Of a stretch of 52,313 nucleotides of DNA, positions 44,783-52,313 are shown in pieces. The notes under the pieces are model-generated. The model was not told the DNA's origin, did not search any database, and saw only the letters and a program-made list of their open reading frames with translations. The position numbers and the translations under genes were made by a program. The DNA lies in the NCBI GenBank assembly GCA_017508065.1, contig JAFVZR010000112.1:1-52313 (forward strand). The letters run 5' to 3'. Positions within the stretch are counted from its first letter, which is position 1, and each line of letters opens with the position of its first letter. Source of the DNA: Candidatus Methanomethylophilaceae archaeon (GTDB lineage: Archaea; Thermoplasmatota; Thermoplasmata; Methanomassiliicoccales; Methanomethylophilaceae).

Positions 44783-45133
44783 ATGTCTGAGGAAAAATAC
44801 ATCAGTTTGGCAGAGATCAAGGACATTCTCACTGCAGAGAGTGAGAAGAGGGCAGAGAACGGTATTGAATTCAACGCAGTCCAGAAATCGGCACTGATGC
44901 ACGCTCAGACACTCGTGGTCCTCGATGCTGATCAGACCGAGGAGCTCGTCTCCGAGGTCATTCAGCTCGACTTCTTCCAGTCAAAGTCCGTTCCCGAGTA
45001 CGTTGCATACAGGGTTGCGGACTGTCTTCCCAAGTATCCTGAAGAGGTTCGTGCCATTTTCTCCAAGGAGAGAATTCCCCTGGAGAATGAGGACATTAAC
45101 AGCATTATTGATATAGTGGCGAAGTACCTTTAA
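44783..45133 (+). CDS. rpoF: DNA-directed RNA polymerase subunit F (Rpo4)
   Basis: The ~116-aa protein occupies the conserved position between L21e and the DUF655 gene. The motifs 'ISLAEIKDIL' and 'VRAIFSKER' are present. The ATG at 44783 follows GGAGGG. Confidence 0.75.
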   Translation: MSEEKYISLAEIKDILTAESEKRAENGIEFNAVQKSALMHAQTLVVLDADQTEELVSEVIQLDFFQSKSVPEYVAYRVADCLPKYPEEVRAIFSKERIPLENEDINSIIDIVAKYL

Positions 45134-45158
45134 GGTCGACGCAGCTAGAAGGGATACT

Positions 45159-45710
45159 ATGGAAGAGTACGCTTACGTTTTAGATTATCTGCCGCAGGGC
45201 AGACCTGACGCAAATCACTCAAGAAGAGAGCCTGTGTGCTACGCCGTCGGTGAGAGCGAGTTCAAGCTTTTCGAGTTGGTTCCTAAGACAGGGGCCAACC
45301 TCATGAGCGGAGACCGCATCTACATCGGAAAGGATTCTTCGAAGAGGGCCGAGATCGACCATGTCAAGAGGCGTGTCAACTCCATCGATGACATGACCAG
45401 TTTCGCCGCAGGCGAACTTGAGCCTGTCGTGGAGTCCATCGTCAAGAACAACCAGGACAGATTCATTAGGTTCTTCAACACTGCTCAGCCCATCTCACTC
45501 AAGAAGCATATGCTCGAGGAGCTTCCCGGACTCGGAAAGAAGGGTGCAGAGGCAATCCTCGGAGAGCGTGCCAAGGAGACCTTCAAGGATTTCGAGGATC
45601 TCAACGCAAGGGTCCCTCAGCTCAAGGGTGCTGAGAAGCTTGTGACCGAGCGCATCATACTCGAGATCAAGGATCAGGAGAGGAGACGTTACCTCTTCGT
45701 CCTTAAATGA
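45159..45710 (+). CDS. DUF655-family protein (OB plus helix-hairpin-helix, predicted RNA-binding)
   Basis: The N-terminus is 'EEYAYVLDYLPQGRP' and the HhH region is 'LEELPGLGKKGAEAIL'. The L21e-RpoF-DUF655-KsgA context is conserved. Confidence 0.8.
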   Translation: MEEYAYVLDYLPQGRPDANHSRREPVCYAVGESEFKLFELVPKTGANLMSGDRIYIGKDSSKRAEIDHVKRRVNSIDDMTSFAAGELEPVVESIVKNNQDRFIRFFNTAQPISLKKHMLEELPGLGKKGAEAILGERAKETFKDFEDLNARVPQLKGAEKLVTERIILEIKDQERRRYLFVLK

Positions 45711-45717
45711 GTGTGAA

Positions 45718-46515
45718 ATGGACGGAAAAGAGACCAACAGACTGATTGCGGAGACAGGAATCGTCCCTCGCAAGTCCAGAGGTCAGAACTTTCTAACCGA
45801 TGATCGCGTGGCTCAACGCCACGTCGGTTATGCGGAAGTTTCTAAAGGAGACAGGGTCCTCGAAGTCGGACCCGGTCTCGGAATTCTTACATCGAAACTC
45901 ATCGAACTCTCCGATGATGTCACTTGTATCGAGTTGGACGAGGTCCTTCAGGAATATATCGAGAACACGTATGGTGACAGACTTACATTGATCAAGGGCG
46001 ATGCGATGAAAGTGGATTTCCCACCGTTCGATAAATTCGTCAGCAACCTTCCATATAGTATCTCCACACCAATAATTTTCAAGCTTCTGGAACACGATTT
46101 CAAGAAGGCGGTGGTCATGGTGCAGAAGGAGTTCGCAGAGAGGATGGTCGCGGACGTCGGTACCGTCGACTATTCCAGACTGACTGTCAACCTCTTCTAC
46201 AAAGCGGATTGTCGTATGTTGGAACCGGTTCCCGCATCACGTTTCAAACCCAAGCCGAAGGTCGATTCCGCACTTGTGGAGATCGTCCCTCGCGAGGCTC
46301 CATTCAAAGTACTCGATGAGAAGACCTTCTTCAAGGTCACCGAGGTCACATTCAACCATAGGAGGAAGAAGATCGGTACTGCGCTGAAGAATGCGCGTAT
46401 GATCCCGAAGGATGCCGTCGTTCCGTATATGGATGACCGTGTCGAGAAGTTGACTCCTGCGCAGATCGGTGAATTGGCCGACGCTGTCTACCTGTTGTCC
46501 AAGAGGGACGATTAA
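45718..46515 (+). CDS. rsmA: 16S rRNA (adenine1518/1519-N6)-dimethyltransferase
   Basis: The motifs 'KSRGQNFL', 'VLEVGPGLGILT' and 'FVSNLPYSISTPI' are present. Confidence 0.93.
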   Translation: MDGKETNRLIAETGIVPRKSRGQNFLTDDRVAQRHVGYAEVSKGDRVLEVGPGLGILTSKLIELSDDVTCIELDEVLQEYIENTYGDRLTLIKGDAMKVDFPPFDKFVSNLPYSISTPIIFKLLEHDFKKAVVMVQKEFAERMVADVGTVDYSRLTVNLFYKADCRMLEPVPASRFKPKPKVDSALVEIVPREAPFKVLDEKTFFKVTEVTFNHRRKKIGTALKNARMIPKDAVVPYMDDRVEKLTPAQIGELADAVYLLSKRDD

Positions 46516-46576
46516 TCCGATTTCCCATATCAATAGTACCCTTTATAGCGTGCGCGCGAGATATACCTCCGATTGT

Positions 46577-47764
46577 ATGCAGATCGGAATCGTTGGAAAG
46601 CCAAACGTAGGGAAGTCGACCTTCTTCGGTGCAGCCACAATGGCGCCTGTGGAGATCGCGAACTATCCTTTCACTACCATCGCAGCCAACAAGGGTGTGG
46701 GATACGTAAGGTCGAAGTGTCCCTGTAAGGAACTGGGTGTCACATGCACCCCTCATAACTCCGGTTGTGTCGACGGAGTGAGGATGATACCTGTAGAACT
46801 CCTCGATGTCGCAGGACTCGTTCCGGACGCATGGCAGGGTAAGGGTCTTGGAAATCAGTTCCTTGACGACCTTAGGCAGGCAGACGCATTGATCAACGTC
46901 ATAGATGTCAGCGGTTCCACCGATATCGAGGGAGTTCCCGGTAAGCCCGGGGAGCACGATCCGATCGAGGATGTCGTCTTCCTTAGGCGTGAGATCGAGC
47001 TTTGGATCAGAGAGATCATCAACAACGGTTTCGGAAAGATCGCAAGGACTGCAAAGATGACTGGTGCAAAGCCCGAAGTGATCCTCCATGAACGCCTTGC
47101 AGGGCTGAACATCACCGAAGCGCAGATAAAGACCGCCGTGAGGGCAGTCAACCCTCCTGAGGACCCAACCAAGTGGGATGAGGACATCATCCTCGCTCTC
47201 GCACAGAAGATCAGGGAGATCGGAAAACCCATGATCATCGCGATGAACAAGGCGGACATCGCACCCGAGGGTAATGTGGATAAGGTCCGTGCCATATCCG
47301 ATATGGCAGTCGTCACGATGGCAGAGACCGAATTGGCATTGAAGAAGGCCAATGATGGCGGGCTGGTGAAATACACTCCTGGTGACAAATCCTTCACCAT
47401 TCCTGAGGGGACCAAGCTCAATGACGGTCAGAAACGTGCATTGGAGTACATGGCCGCAAATATGGAGAAGAATGGCGGCACAGGTGTCCAGGAGTGCCTC
47501 GAACAGGCAGCGTTCGGACTCTTGGACCTCATTACCGTCTATCCTGTGGAGGATGAGAACAAGTATACCGACCACTTCGGACGCGTCCTGCCAGATGCAT
47601 TCCTCGTTCCTCGTGGATCCACCGCAAAGGACCTCGCATACAAGGTCCACACGGAATTGGGGGATAAGTTCATCCGTGCCGTCAACGCGAAGACCAAGCG
47701 TACCGTTGGCTCCGATTACATCCTTCAGGACGGGGATGTGATCCGTATCATCGCAGACAGGTGA
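46577..47764 (+). CDS. YchF/OLA1-like (Obg-family) GTPase with a C-terminal TGS domain
   Basis: The G1 motif is 'GIVGKPNVGKST', with 'YPFTT', 'DVAGLV' and 'NKAD' also present. The C-terminal 'LQDGDVIRI' marks the TGS domain. The track extension, which overlaps rsmA, was rejected. Confidence 0.88.
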   Translation: MQIGIVGKPNVGKSTFFGAATMAPVEIANYPFTTIAANKGVGYVRSKCPCKELGVTCTPHNSGCVDGVRMIPVELLDVAGLVPDAWQGKGLGNQFLDDLRQADALINVIDVSGSTDIEGVPGKPGEHDPIEDVVFLRREIELWIREIINNGFGKIARTAKMTGAKPEVILHERLAGLNITEAQIKTAVRAVNPPEDPTKWDEDIILALAQKIREIGKPMIIAMNKADIAPEGNVDKVRAISDMAVVTMAETELALKKANDGGLVKYTPGDKSFTIPEGTKLNDGQKRALEYMAANMEKNGGTGVQECLEQAAFGLLDLITVYPVEDENKYTDHFGRVLPDAFLVPRGSTAKDLAYKVHTELGDKFIRAVNAKTKRTVGSDYILQDGDVIRIIADR

Positions 47765-47768
47765 TGTG

Positions 47769-50174
47769 ATGACGGGATGGGATGTGAGGATTCTGAGTTC
47801 GTCGTATTCCTCGAGGAATGACGAGGCAGTCATCGAACTGTACGGGAAGACCAGGGATAGGCAATCCGTGGTGATCCTTGCTCATGGATTCCATCCCTAT
47901 TTCTTCATAGTGGATCCGATGCCGGATATGGCAGAACAGTTCCGCAAGGATCCCGACGTCGTGGAGGCGGAGGAGAAACCGCTCCTTGTGAAGGGAAGTA
48001 TCCACAATACCCTGAAGGTATCGATCAAGTATCCTTGGAAGATGGGCGATTACACGAATCGTCTGAAATCCAGATTCAGGCTTCTCGGTACGGACATATC
48101 CTTCCAGGACAGGTTCATGTACGACCACGATCTGGGCGCTTGTATCCATGTCGAAGGTAAGACGATCGATTGTGACGATTATGTCACGGACCTCGTGATC
48201 GAGATGGAGTCCGCGGTCACCATCGATTCGTTCGACCCCGGACTGAAGATCCTGAGTTTCGATATCGAGAACAGCGTCAGGCACGATTTCCTTTATACGA
48301 TCTGTACCGTCATCAAGGATGGTAGTGGGGATATCCACAATTGCGAATGTGCTACGGGTTCCGAGACGGAGATCATCGAGAGGTTCACATCCGTGATCCT
48401 TCGTGAGGATCCGGACGTCATAACCGGTTACAACATCGACAATTACGATATCAAGAAGATCGTAGAACGTGCGAAACTGAACAGGATCAGTGCATCACTG
48501 ACTTGGGGCAGGGATAAAGGTACGCCCCGTATCGTATCCGAACGTTTCTGGAGGGTCAAGGGAAGATTGGTCGTGGATGCCTGGTGGGCCGCCAGGAGGG
48601 AACTGAGGCCGAAGCAGGAGACATTGAACGCAGTGGCGTTCCAGGTGCTCGGTGAGGAGAAGTTGGACGTCGATCCACGTTATATGGACGAGGAATGGGC
48701 CAACAACCAGGACAAGGTCATCGAATACTGTTTCAAGGATGCCGAATTGGCATTGAAGATTCTTCTTGCGGTCGGAACGGTCAGGAAGGGAATGGATCTT
48801 GCGACCGTATCCAAATTACCGGTCGAGGACGTCCTGACATCCGGTACGTCCACCCTTGTGGATTCATTGTTGATCCGTGTAGCCGATCGCGAGTCCATTG
48901 GGGTGCCCCCTAACGGAAAGATGGTCCGTACCGAACAGATCGAAGGCGGATACGTACACGATATGAACGCAGGTCTCTACCATTGGGTATCTGTCCTGGA
49001 TTTCAAATCGATGTACCCCTCATTGATCATCTCGAAGAACATCTGTTTCATCACTCTGAACGACAATGGTGAGATCGAAGCACCTAACGGTGTCCGTTAT
49101 CTTTCCAAGGACAAGCGCGAGGGTCTGTTACCCCGTATACTTGAACAGTTGATGGACGAGAGGGACAGTATCAAGAAGCGTATGAAGTCCGCATCTACTC
49201 CTGAGGAGCATGATTACTATGACGGTCTTCAGGCTGCGGTCAAGGTCATCATGAACACGTTCTACGGTGTGTTCGCATCATCGTTCTACAGATTCACCGA
49301 TAAACAGATCGGTTCGTCCATCACCGCGTTCGCAAGACACACTGTCAAATCCATCATATCAGAATTGGAATCCGATGGATGTCAGGTCATATATTCCGAT
49401 ACGGATTCGATCTTCGTCGTATCCCCGAACAAGGATCTCGATGGGACCGTGACCTTTGGAACCGGTCTCGCCGAGAAGTACTCCCGCGACGGAGGCACCT
49501 TGGAATTCGAGAAGGTCCTGGAACCTCTGTTCAGTCACGGTAAGAAGAAGAGGTACGTCGGTCGTGTCGTTTGGCCTGTTGCACAGGATGACCTTCTGAT
49601 CAGAGGTTACGAGACTAGACGTTCGGACTCGTTCGATCTTCAGAGCGATATGTTGACCAAACTGTTCGGTTACATCCTGGACGAGGATAACGATGCCGCG
49701 TTGAGGATGGTCCGCGAGACCGTTCAGAACGTCCTTCACGGAAGGGTGCCGATAGGCTCGTTGGTGATTTCCCGCGGTTGTAAGGAATTCGATGCATACG
49801 AGAATCCCGACAGGCAGGCGAATGTACAGGCGGCAAAGAAGCTCATGGCCATGGGCTACGAGTTCATACCCGGAATGAAGGTCTCATGGGTAGTCACGGA
49901 TTCCAAGAAGACCCCTCAGGTGGTGGAACCGTATGTGAGCGGAAAACCATTCGTCGGAGAGCCGGATTATAGGTACTATGCGGAAAGGATCGCACAGACC
50001 GCTTCCAGGATAACCGATGTGTTCGGATGGAACGAGAAGGATCTGATGGTCGGTTCCCAACAGGCCACGCTCTTCGGAGGGGATTTCGAATCACGCTCGT
50101 CATCCCCATCGGGTGATGCGCCCAAGTCAGGTAAGTCCAAGCCAAGGATGACAAAGCTGTCGGATTTCTTCTGA
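47769..50174 (+). CDS. polB: Family B DNA polymerase
   Basis: Exo I is 'FDIE', with 'YNIDNYD' also present. Pol motif A is 'LDFKSMYPSLI', motif B is 'KVIMNTFYG' and motif C is 'IYSDTDS'. No intein-sized insertion is present. Confidence 0.93.
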   Translation: MTGWDVRILSSSYSSRNDEAVIELYGKTRDRQSVVILAHGFHPYFFIVDPMPDMAEQFRKDPDVVEAEEKPLLVKGSIHNTLKVSIKYPWKMGDYTNRLKSRFRLLGTDISFQDRFMYDHDLGACIHVEGKTIDCDDYVTDLVIEMESAVTIDSFDPGLKILSFDIENSVRHDFLYTICTVIKDGSGDIHNCECATGSETEIIERFTSVILREDPDVITGYNIDNYDIKKIVERAKLNRISASLTWGRDKGTPRIVSERFWRVKGRLVVDAWWAARRELRPKQETLNAVAFQVLGEEKLDVDPRYMDEEWANNQDKVIEYCFKDAELALKILLAVGTVRKGMDLATVSKLPVEDVLTSGTSTLVDSLLIRVADRESIGVPPNGKMVRTEQIEGGYVHDMNAGLYHWVSVLDFKSMYPSLIISKNICFITLNDNGEIEAPNGVRYLSKDKREGLLPRILEQLMDERDSIKKRMKSASTPEEHDYYDGLQAAVKVIMNTFYGVFASSFYRFTDKQIGSSITAFARHTVKSIISELESDGCQVIYSDTDSIFVVSPNKDLDGTVTFGTGLAEKYSRDGGTLEFEKVLEPLFSHGKKKRYVGRVVWPVAQDDLLIRGYETRRSDSFDLQSDMLTKLFGYILDEDNDAALRMVRETVQNVLHGRVPIGSLVISRGCKEFDAYENPDRQANVQAAKKLMAMGYEFIPGMKVSWVVTDSKKTPQVVEPYVSGKPFVGEPDYRYYAERIAQTASRITDVFGWNEKDLMVGSQQATLFGGDFESRSSSPSGDAPKSGKSKPRMTKLSDFF

Positions 50175-51143
50175 TCAGTTTTTCAAGAAATCGAGTCCGT
50201 TCTCGCGGACCATCTTTTCATAGAATTTGGCGATGGCCTCGGAATGACTCAGTCCAAGTTCCTTCAGGACATTTTCCGCATCATAGACTAGGATCGGGTC
50301 CATACGCACATCGACAGCCGCATCGCGCAGGAGATTGGCATTTCTGAGCCCCATGCTCTCATAGATGCCGGCAATGTATCTGTTATATCTCTTCCCCTGA
50401 GATTTCGCAGCGTTGCGTATGAGGTCGGTGGTACCCGATCCGTATTGTGATGCCTTCTTGGTACGGTGCGCAAGTATCGGGAATCCAAGGTTCGTGGCCA
50501 CTTCCTTCAACACTGCCTTCCTGTCCTCAAGCGTCTTCGGTCTAAGGATCTCTGGATCGATCATCTTCACGCATCTGATGACTTCCTCGTCCAGGAACGG
50601 ATAGACCAATCTCTTTCCGAAGTTCTTGGCGATGGACAATTCGCATGGTACCGAGACCTTCATCAATCTCTCGATGCCCCAGTTCAGAACCGCCTCGTAT
50701 TCGGAATCATCATCGTTCACGGATCTGGCGCATCCTCCGAAATATTCGTCGGATCCCTGTCCGGTGAGTATGATGGACTCGTCGGCACGTCTGCATACTG
50801 TGAACAGTTGGAGTTCATAGGATATGGTGAACGGATCGCTCACGCCGGTGGCACCAATGAGTTCGCGTATGGTATCCTCGATGTTGTCCTCACCGATCCT
50901 ACAATGCACCCATGGGAGTCCGAGCTTATCCGCAAGTTCCTTGCCCGCCTGTACATCGAAGGCATCATCAACGCCACATGTGTAACATGTGACCGACCTT
51001 GCATACTTGGCCGCTACGGCAGCCACGATCCCCGAATCCATGCCTCCGGAGAATGCCACGCCAACACTCTTCCCTTCGACATTCTTTTTGATGAAATTCT
51101 CGAGAGCGTGACCGAGCTCCTCATAGCTGGGTGCCATGGACAT
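50175..51143 (-). CDS. Asparagine-synthase-related PP-loop ATPase (no glutaminase domain) with a RelB/DinJ-like C-terminal tail
   Basis: The PP-loop is 'VGVAFSGGMDSG'. 'ILTGQGSDEYFGG' and 'YPFLDEEV' are AsnB C-domain motifs. The last ~45 aa align to a ribbon-helix-helix pattern (see findings). Confidence 0.7.
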   Translation of the reverse strand: MSMAPSYEELGHALENFIKKNVEGKSVGVAFSGGMDSGIVAAVAAKYARSVTCYTCGVDDAFDVQAGKELADKLGLPWVHCRIGEDNIEDTIRELIGATGVSDPFTISYELQLFTVCRRADESIILTGQGSDEYFGGCARSVNDDDSEYEAVLNWGIERLMKVSVPCELSIAKNFGKRLVYPFLDEEVIRCVKMIDPEILRPKTLEDRKAVLKEVATNLGFPILAHRTKKASQYGSGTTDLIRNAAKSQGKRYNRYIAGIYESMGLRNANLLRDAAVDVRMDPILVYDAENVLKELGLSHSEAIAKFYEKMVRENGLDFLKN

Positions 51144-51289
51144 ACATCCCTTTCTGGATTATCAATCTCTCTACAACCATCCATTTCGTGTTAGGTCAGC
51201 TTTATATAGGAATCCAGTCTAACACATTCTTACGGAACAAAAGTTCCGTCGGAAATGTACCGAAAGGCGAATCCGTATAGGTGATTTAT

Positions 51290-51913
51290 ATGTCCGATGA
51301 GACACAGCAGCAGCCCCGCATCAGGGGAAAGAGCATGTATTCGTACATTGCTGACGCATGGAAGGTACCCTCTACCAACTACCTGAAAGACCTCAACAAG
51401 CAGAGGAGGATCGACTGGAGGAGAGAGGAGAACTTCATCCGCATTGAGAGGCCTACCAGGCTCGACAGGGCTAGAAACGCTGGTTACAAAGCCAAGCAGG
51501 GATACGTCCTCGTCAGGGGAAGGGTCAGAAAGGGATCCTTCCAGAAGAGGCAGATCAAGGCAGGAAGGAGAGCAAAGAGAAAGGGAATCCTCGCTATCAC
51601 TGTCGGCAAGAGCCTTCAGAGAATGGCTGAGGAGAGGGCTCAGAAGAGATACCCCAACCTTGAGGTCCTCAACTCCTACTGGGTAGGAAAGGATGGACAG
51701 AACGAGTGGTTCGAGATCATCATGGTCGATCCCCACCACCCCGTCATCAAGGCAGATCCCAAGATCAACTGGATCTGTGACAACGCCCACAGCGGCCGTG
51801 TCTACCGCGGAAAGACCTCCGCAGGAAAGAAGGGACGCGGTCTCGACAAGAAGGGTAAGGGTGTTGTTAAGAACAGGCCTTCCATCAGAGCAAACGGAAG
51901 AAGGGCTAAGTAA
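51290..51913 (+). CDS. rpl15e: 50S ribosomal protein eL15 (L15e)
   Basis: The motifs '[11 protein letters not shown]', '[32 protein letters not shown]' and 'GRRAKRKG' are present. The start is uncertain among the ATG at 51290, the ATG at 51335 and the GTG at 51281. Confidence 0.9.
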   Translation: MSDETQQQPRIRGKSMYSYIADAWKVPSTNYLKDLNKQRRIDWRREENFIRIERPTRLDRARNAGYKAKQGYVLVRGRVRKGSFQKRQIKAGRRAKRKGILAITVGKSLQRMAEERAQKRYPNLEVLNSYWVGKDGQNEWFEIIMVDPHHPVIKADPKINWICDNAHSGRVYRGKTSAGKKGRGLDKKGKGVVKNRPSIRANGRRAK

Positions 51914-51942
51914 GCCTGAAAACCAGCTCTTTAAACCTTTTT

Positions 51943-51960
51943 GCGGCCTTTATTGGCCGC
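51943..51960 (+). terminator. Hairpin after rpl15e
   Basis: GCGGCC-TTTATT-GGCCGC lies 30 nt after the stop and is followed by ACATTTCTG. Confidence 0.4.
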
Positions 51961-52034
51961 ACATTTCTGAATCCATAATATCGATATAACGAGCGACGTC
52001 GTCACACATCAACGACGTACTGTTCGCTGGCACA

Positions 52035-52313
52035 TCAGAACGTCGAGGTCTTGACGCGCATCAGCATATCATCGACTTCGGCATCGGTCATGCCGATAGT
52101 GGGTGTGAACGTAGGGAGACGACCTATCAACGCGGATGCGTCGAACTGTGAGATCGACATACCCATCACATGACCCAGTATCTCCTTGTTATGAAGTAGT
52201 TCCTCATCCTCAGGGCCGATGACCCTCAATGCCGGGTCATATAGATTGAGGGTCTCGTCGTCGGAATCCACCCAAACACGGCAACCGCGTTTCATCATCA
52301 TCCATGCGGACAA
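52035..52313 (-). CDS. Partial CDS (C-terminal 92 codons; the N-terminus lies outside the window), possibly a ThiI-like PP-loop protein
   Basis: The ORF is open to the window edge. 'SAWMMMKRGCRVWV' resembles the segment following the PP-loop in ThiI-type tRNA sulfurtransferases. This is a weak assignment. Confidence 0.35.
   Translation of the reverse strand: MSAWMMMKRGCRVWVDSDDETLNLYDPALRVIGPEDEELLHNKEILGHVMGMSISQFDASALIGRLPTFTPTIGMTDAEVDDMLMRVKTSTF

Noticed and set aside
50175-51143. The PP-loop ATPase as LarE, the sulfur-inserting enzyme needed by the LarA homologue at 21580-22821.
   Set aside because: The motifs after the PP-loop (GQGSDEYFGG, YPFLDEEV) are of the asparagine synthase C-domain type, not the LarE type. 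The gene lies 27 kb from larA with no larB or larC nearby.
1-52313. A search for CRISPR arrays, rRNA genes, IS elements or transposases, integrases, prophage genes and long tandem repeats.
   Set aside because: Reading both strands, I found no regularly spaced direct repeats, no rRNA-like conserved blocks and no DDE or tyrosine-recombinase-like ORFs. The only repeat worth noting is the 12-mer pair at 25718 and 25873.

Overview
This looks like an archaeal chromosomal core region. It is about 55% GC by eye and more than 90% coding, and I call 61 CDS and 3 tRNAs. I saw no rRNA, CRISPR array, transposase or integrase. Archaeal hallmarks include a thermosome, aIF-1A, Rio1, Pus10, eL15/eL18/eL21, uL13/uS9, RNA polymerase subunits N and F, type II GAPDH, a family B DNA polymerase and an A24 prepilin/preflagellin peptidase. 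They sit beside bacterial-type grpE-dnaK-dnaJ, folate-type purH/purN/folP, an HdrD-like CCG Fe-S protein and a type III glutamine synthetase. That mix would fit a Thermoplasmatota or Methanomassiliicoccales-like euryarchaeon, but the taxon is only a guess. Many ORF-track entries begin at upstream alternative start codons. I trimmed them to the ATG that fits family N-termini, Shine-Dalgarno motifs or stop/start overlaps, and each trimmed start is an inference. The standout is a translationally coupled four-gene minus-strand cassette at 17463-19457. It encodes a ThiF/E1-like activator, a ubiquitin-like precursor with an internal GG, an E2 with a canonical HPN...C active site, and a JAMM/MPN+ isopeptidase. 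This is a eukaryote-type ubiquitylation module with no RING E3 in the window, embedded among housekeeping genes. Secondary points are a LarA-like / HdrD-like / FolP coupled operon, an asparagine-synthase-like PP-loop protein with a RelB/DinJ-like C-terminal tail, a small Cys-rich/HEAT operon, a Zn-ribbon/TPR-like gene after the Hsp70 operon, and a repeat-bearing AT-rich divergent promoter upstream of an Lrp regulator. All family assignments come from motif recognition by eye, and no database search was possible.
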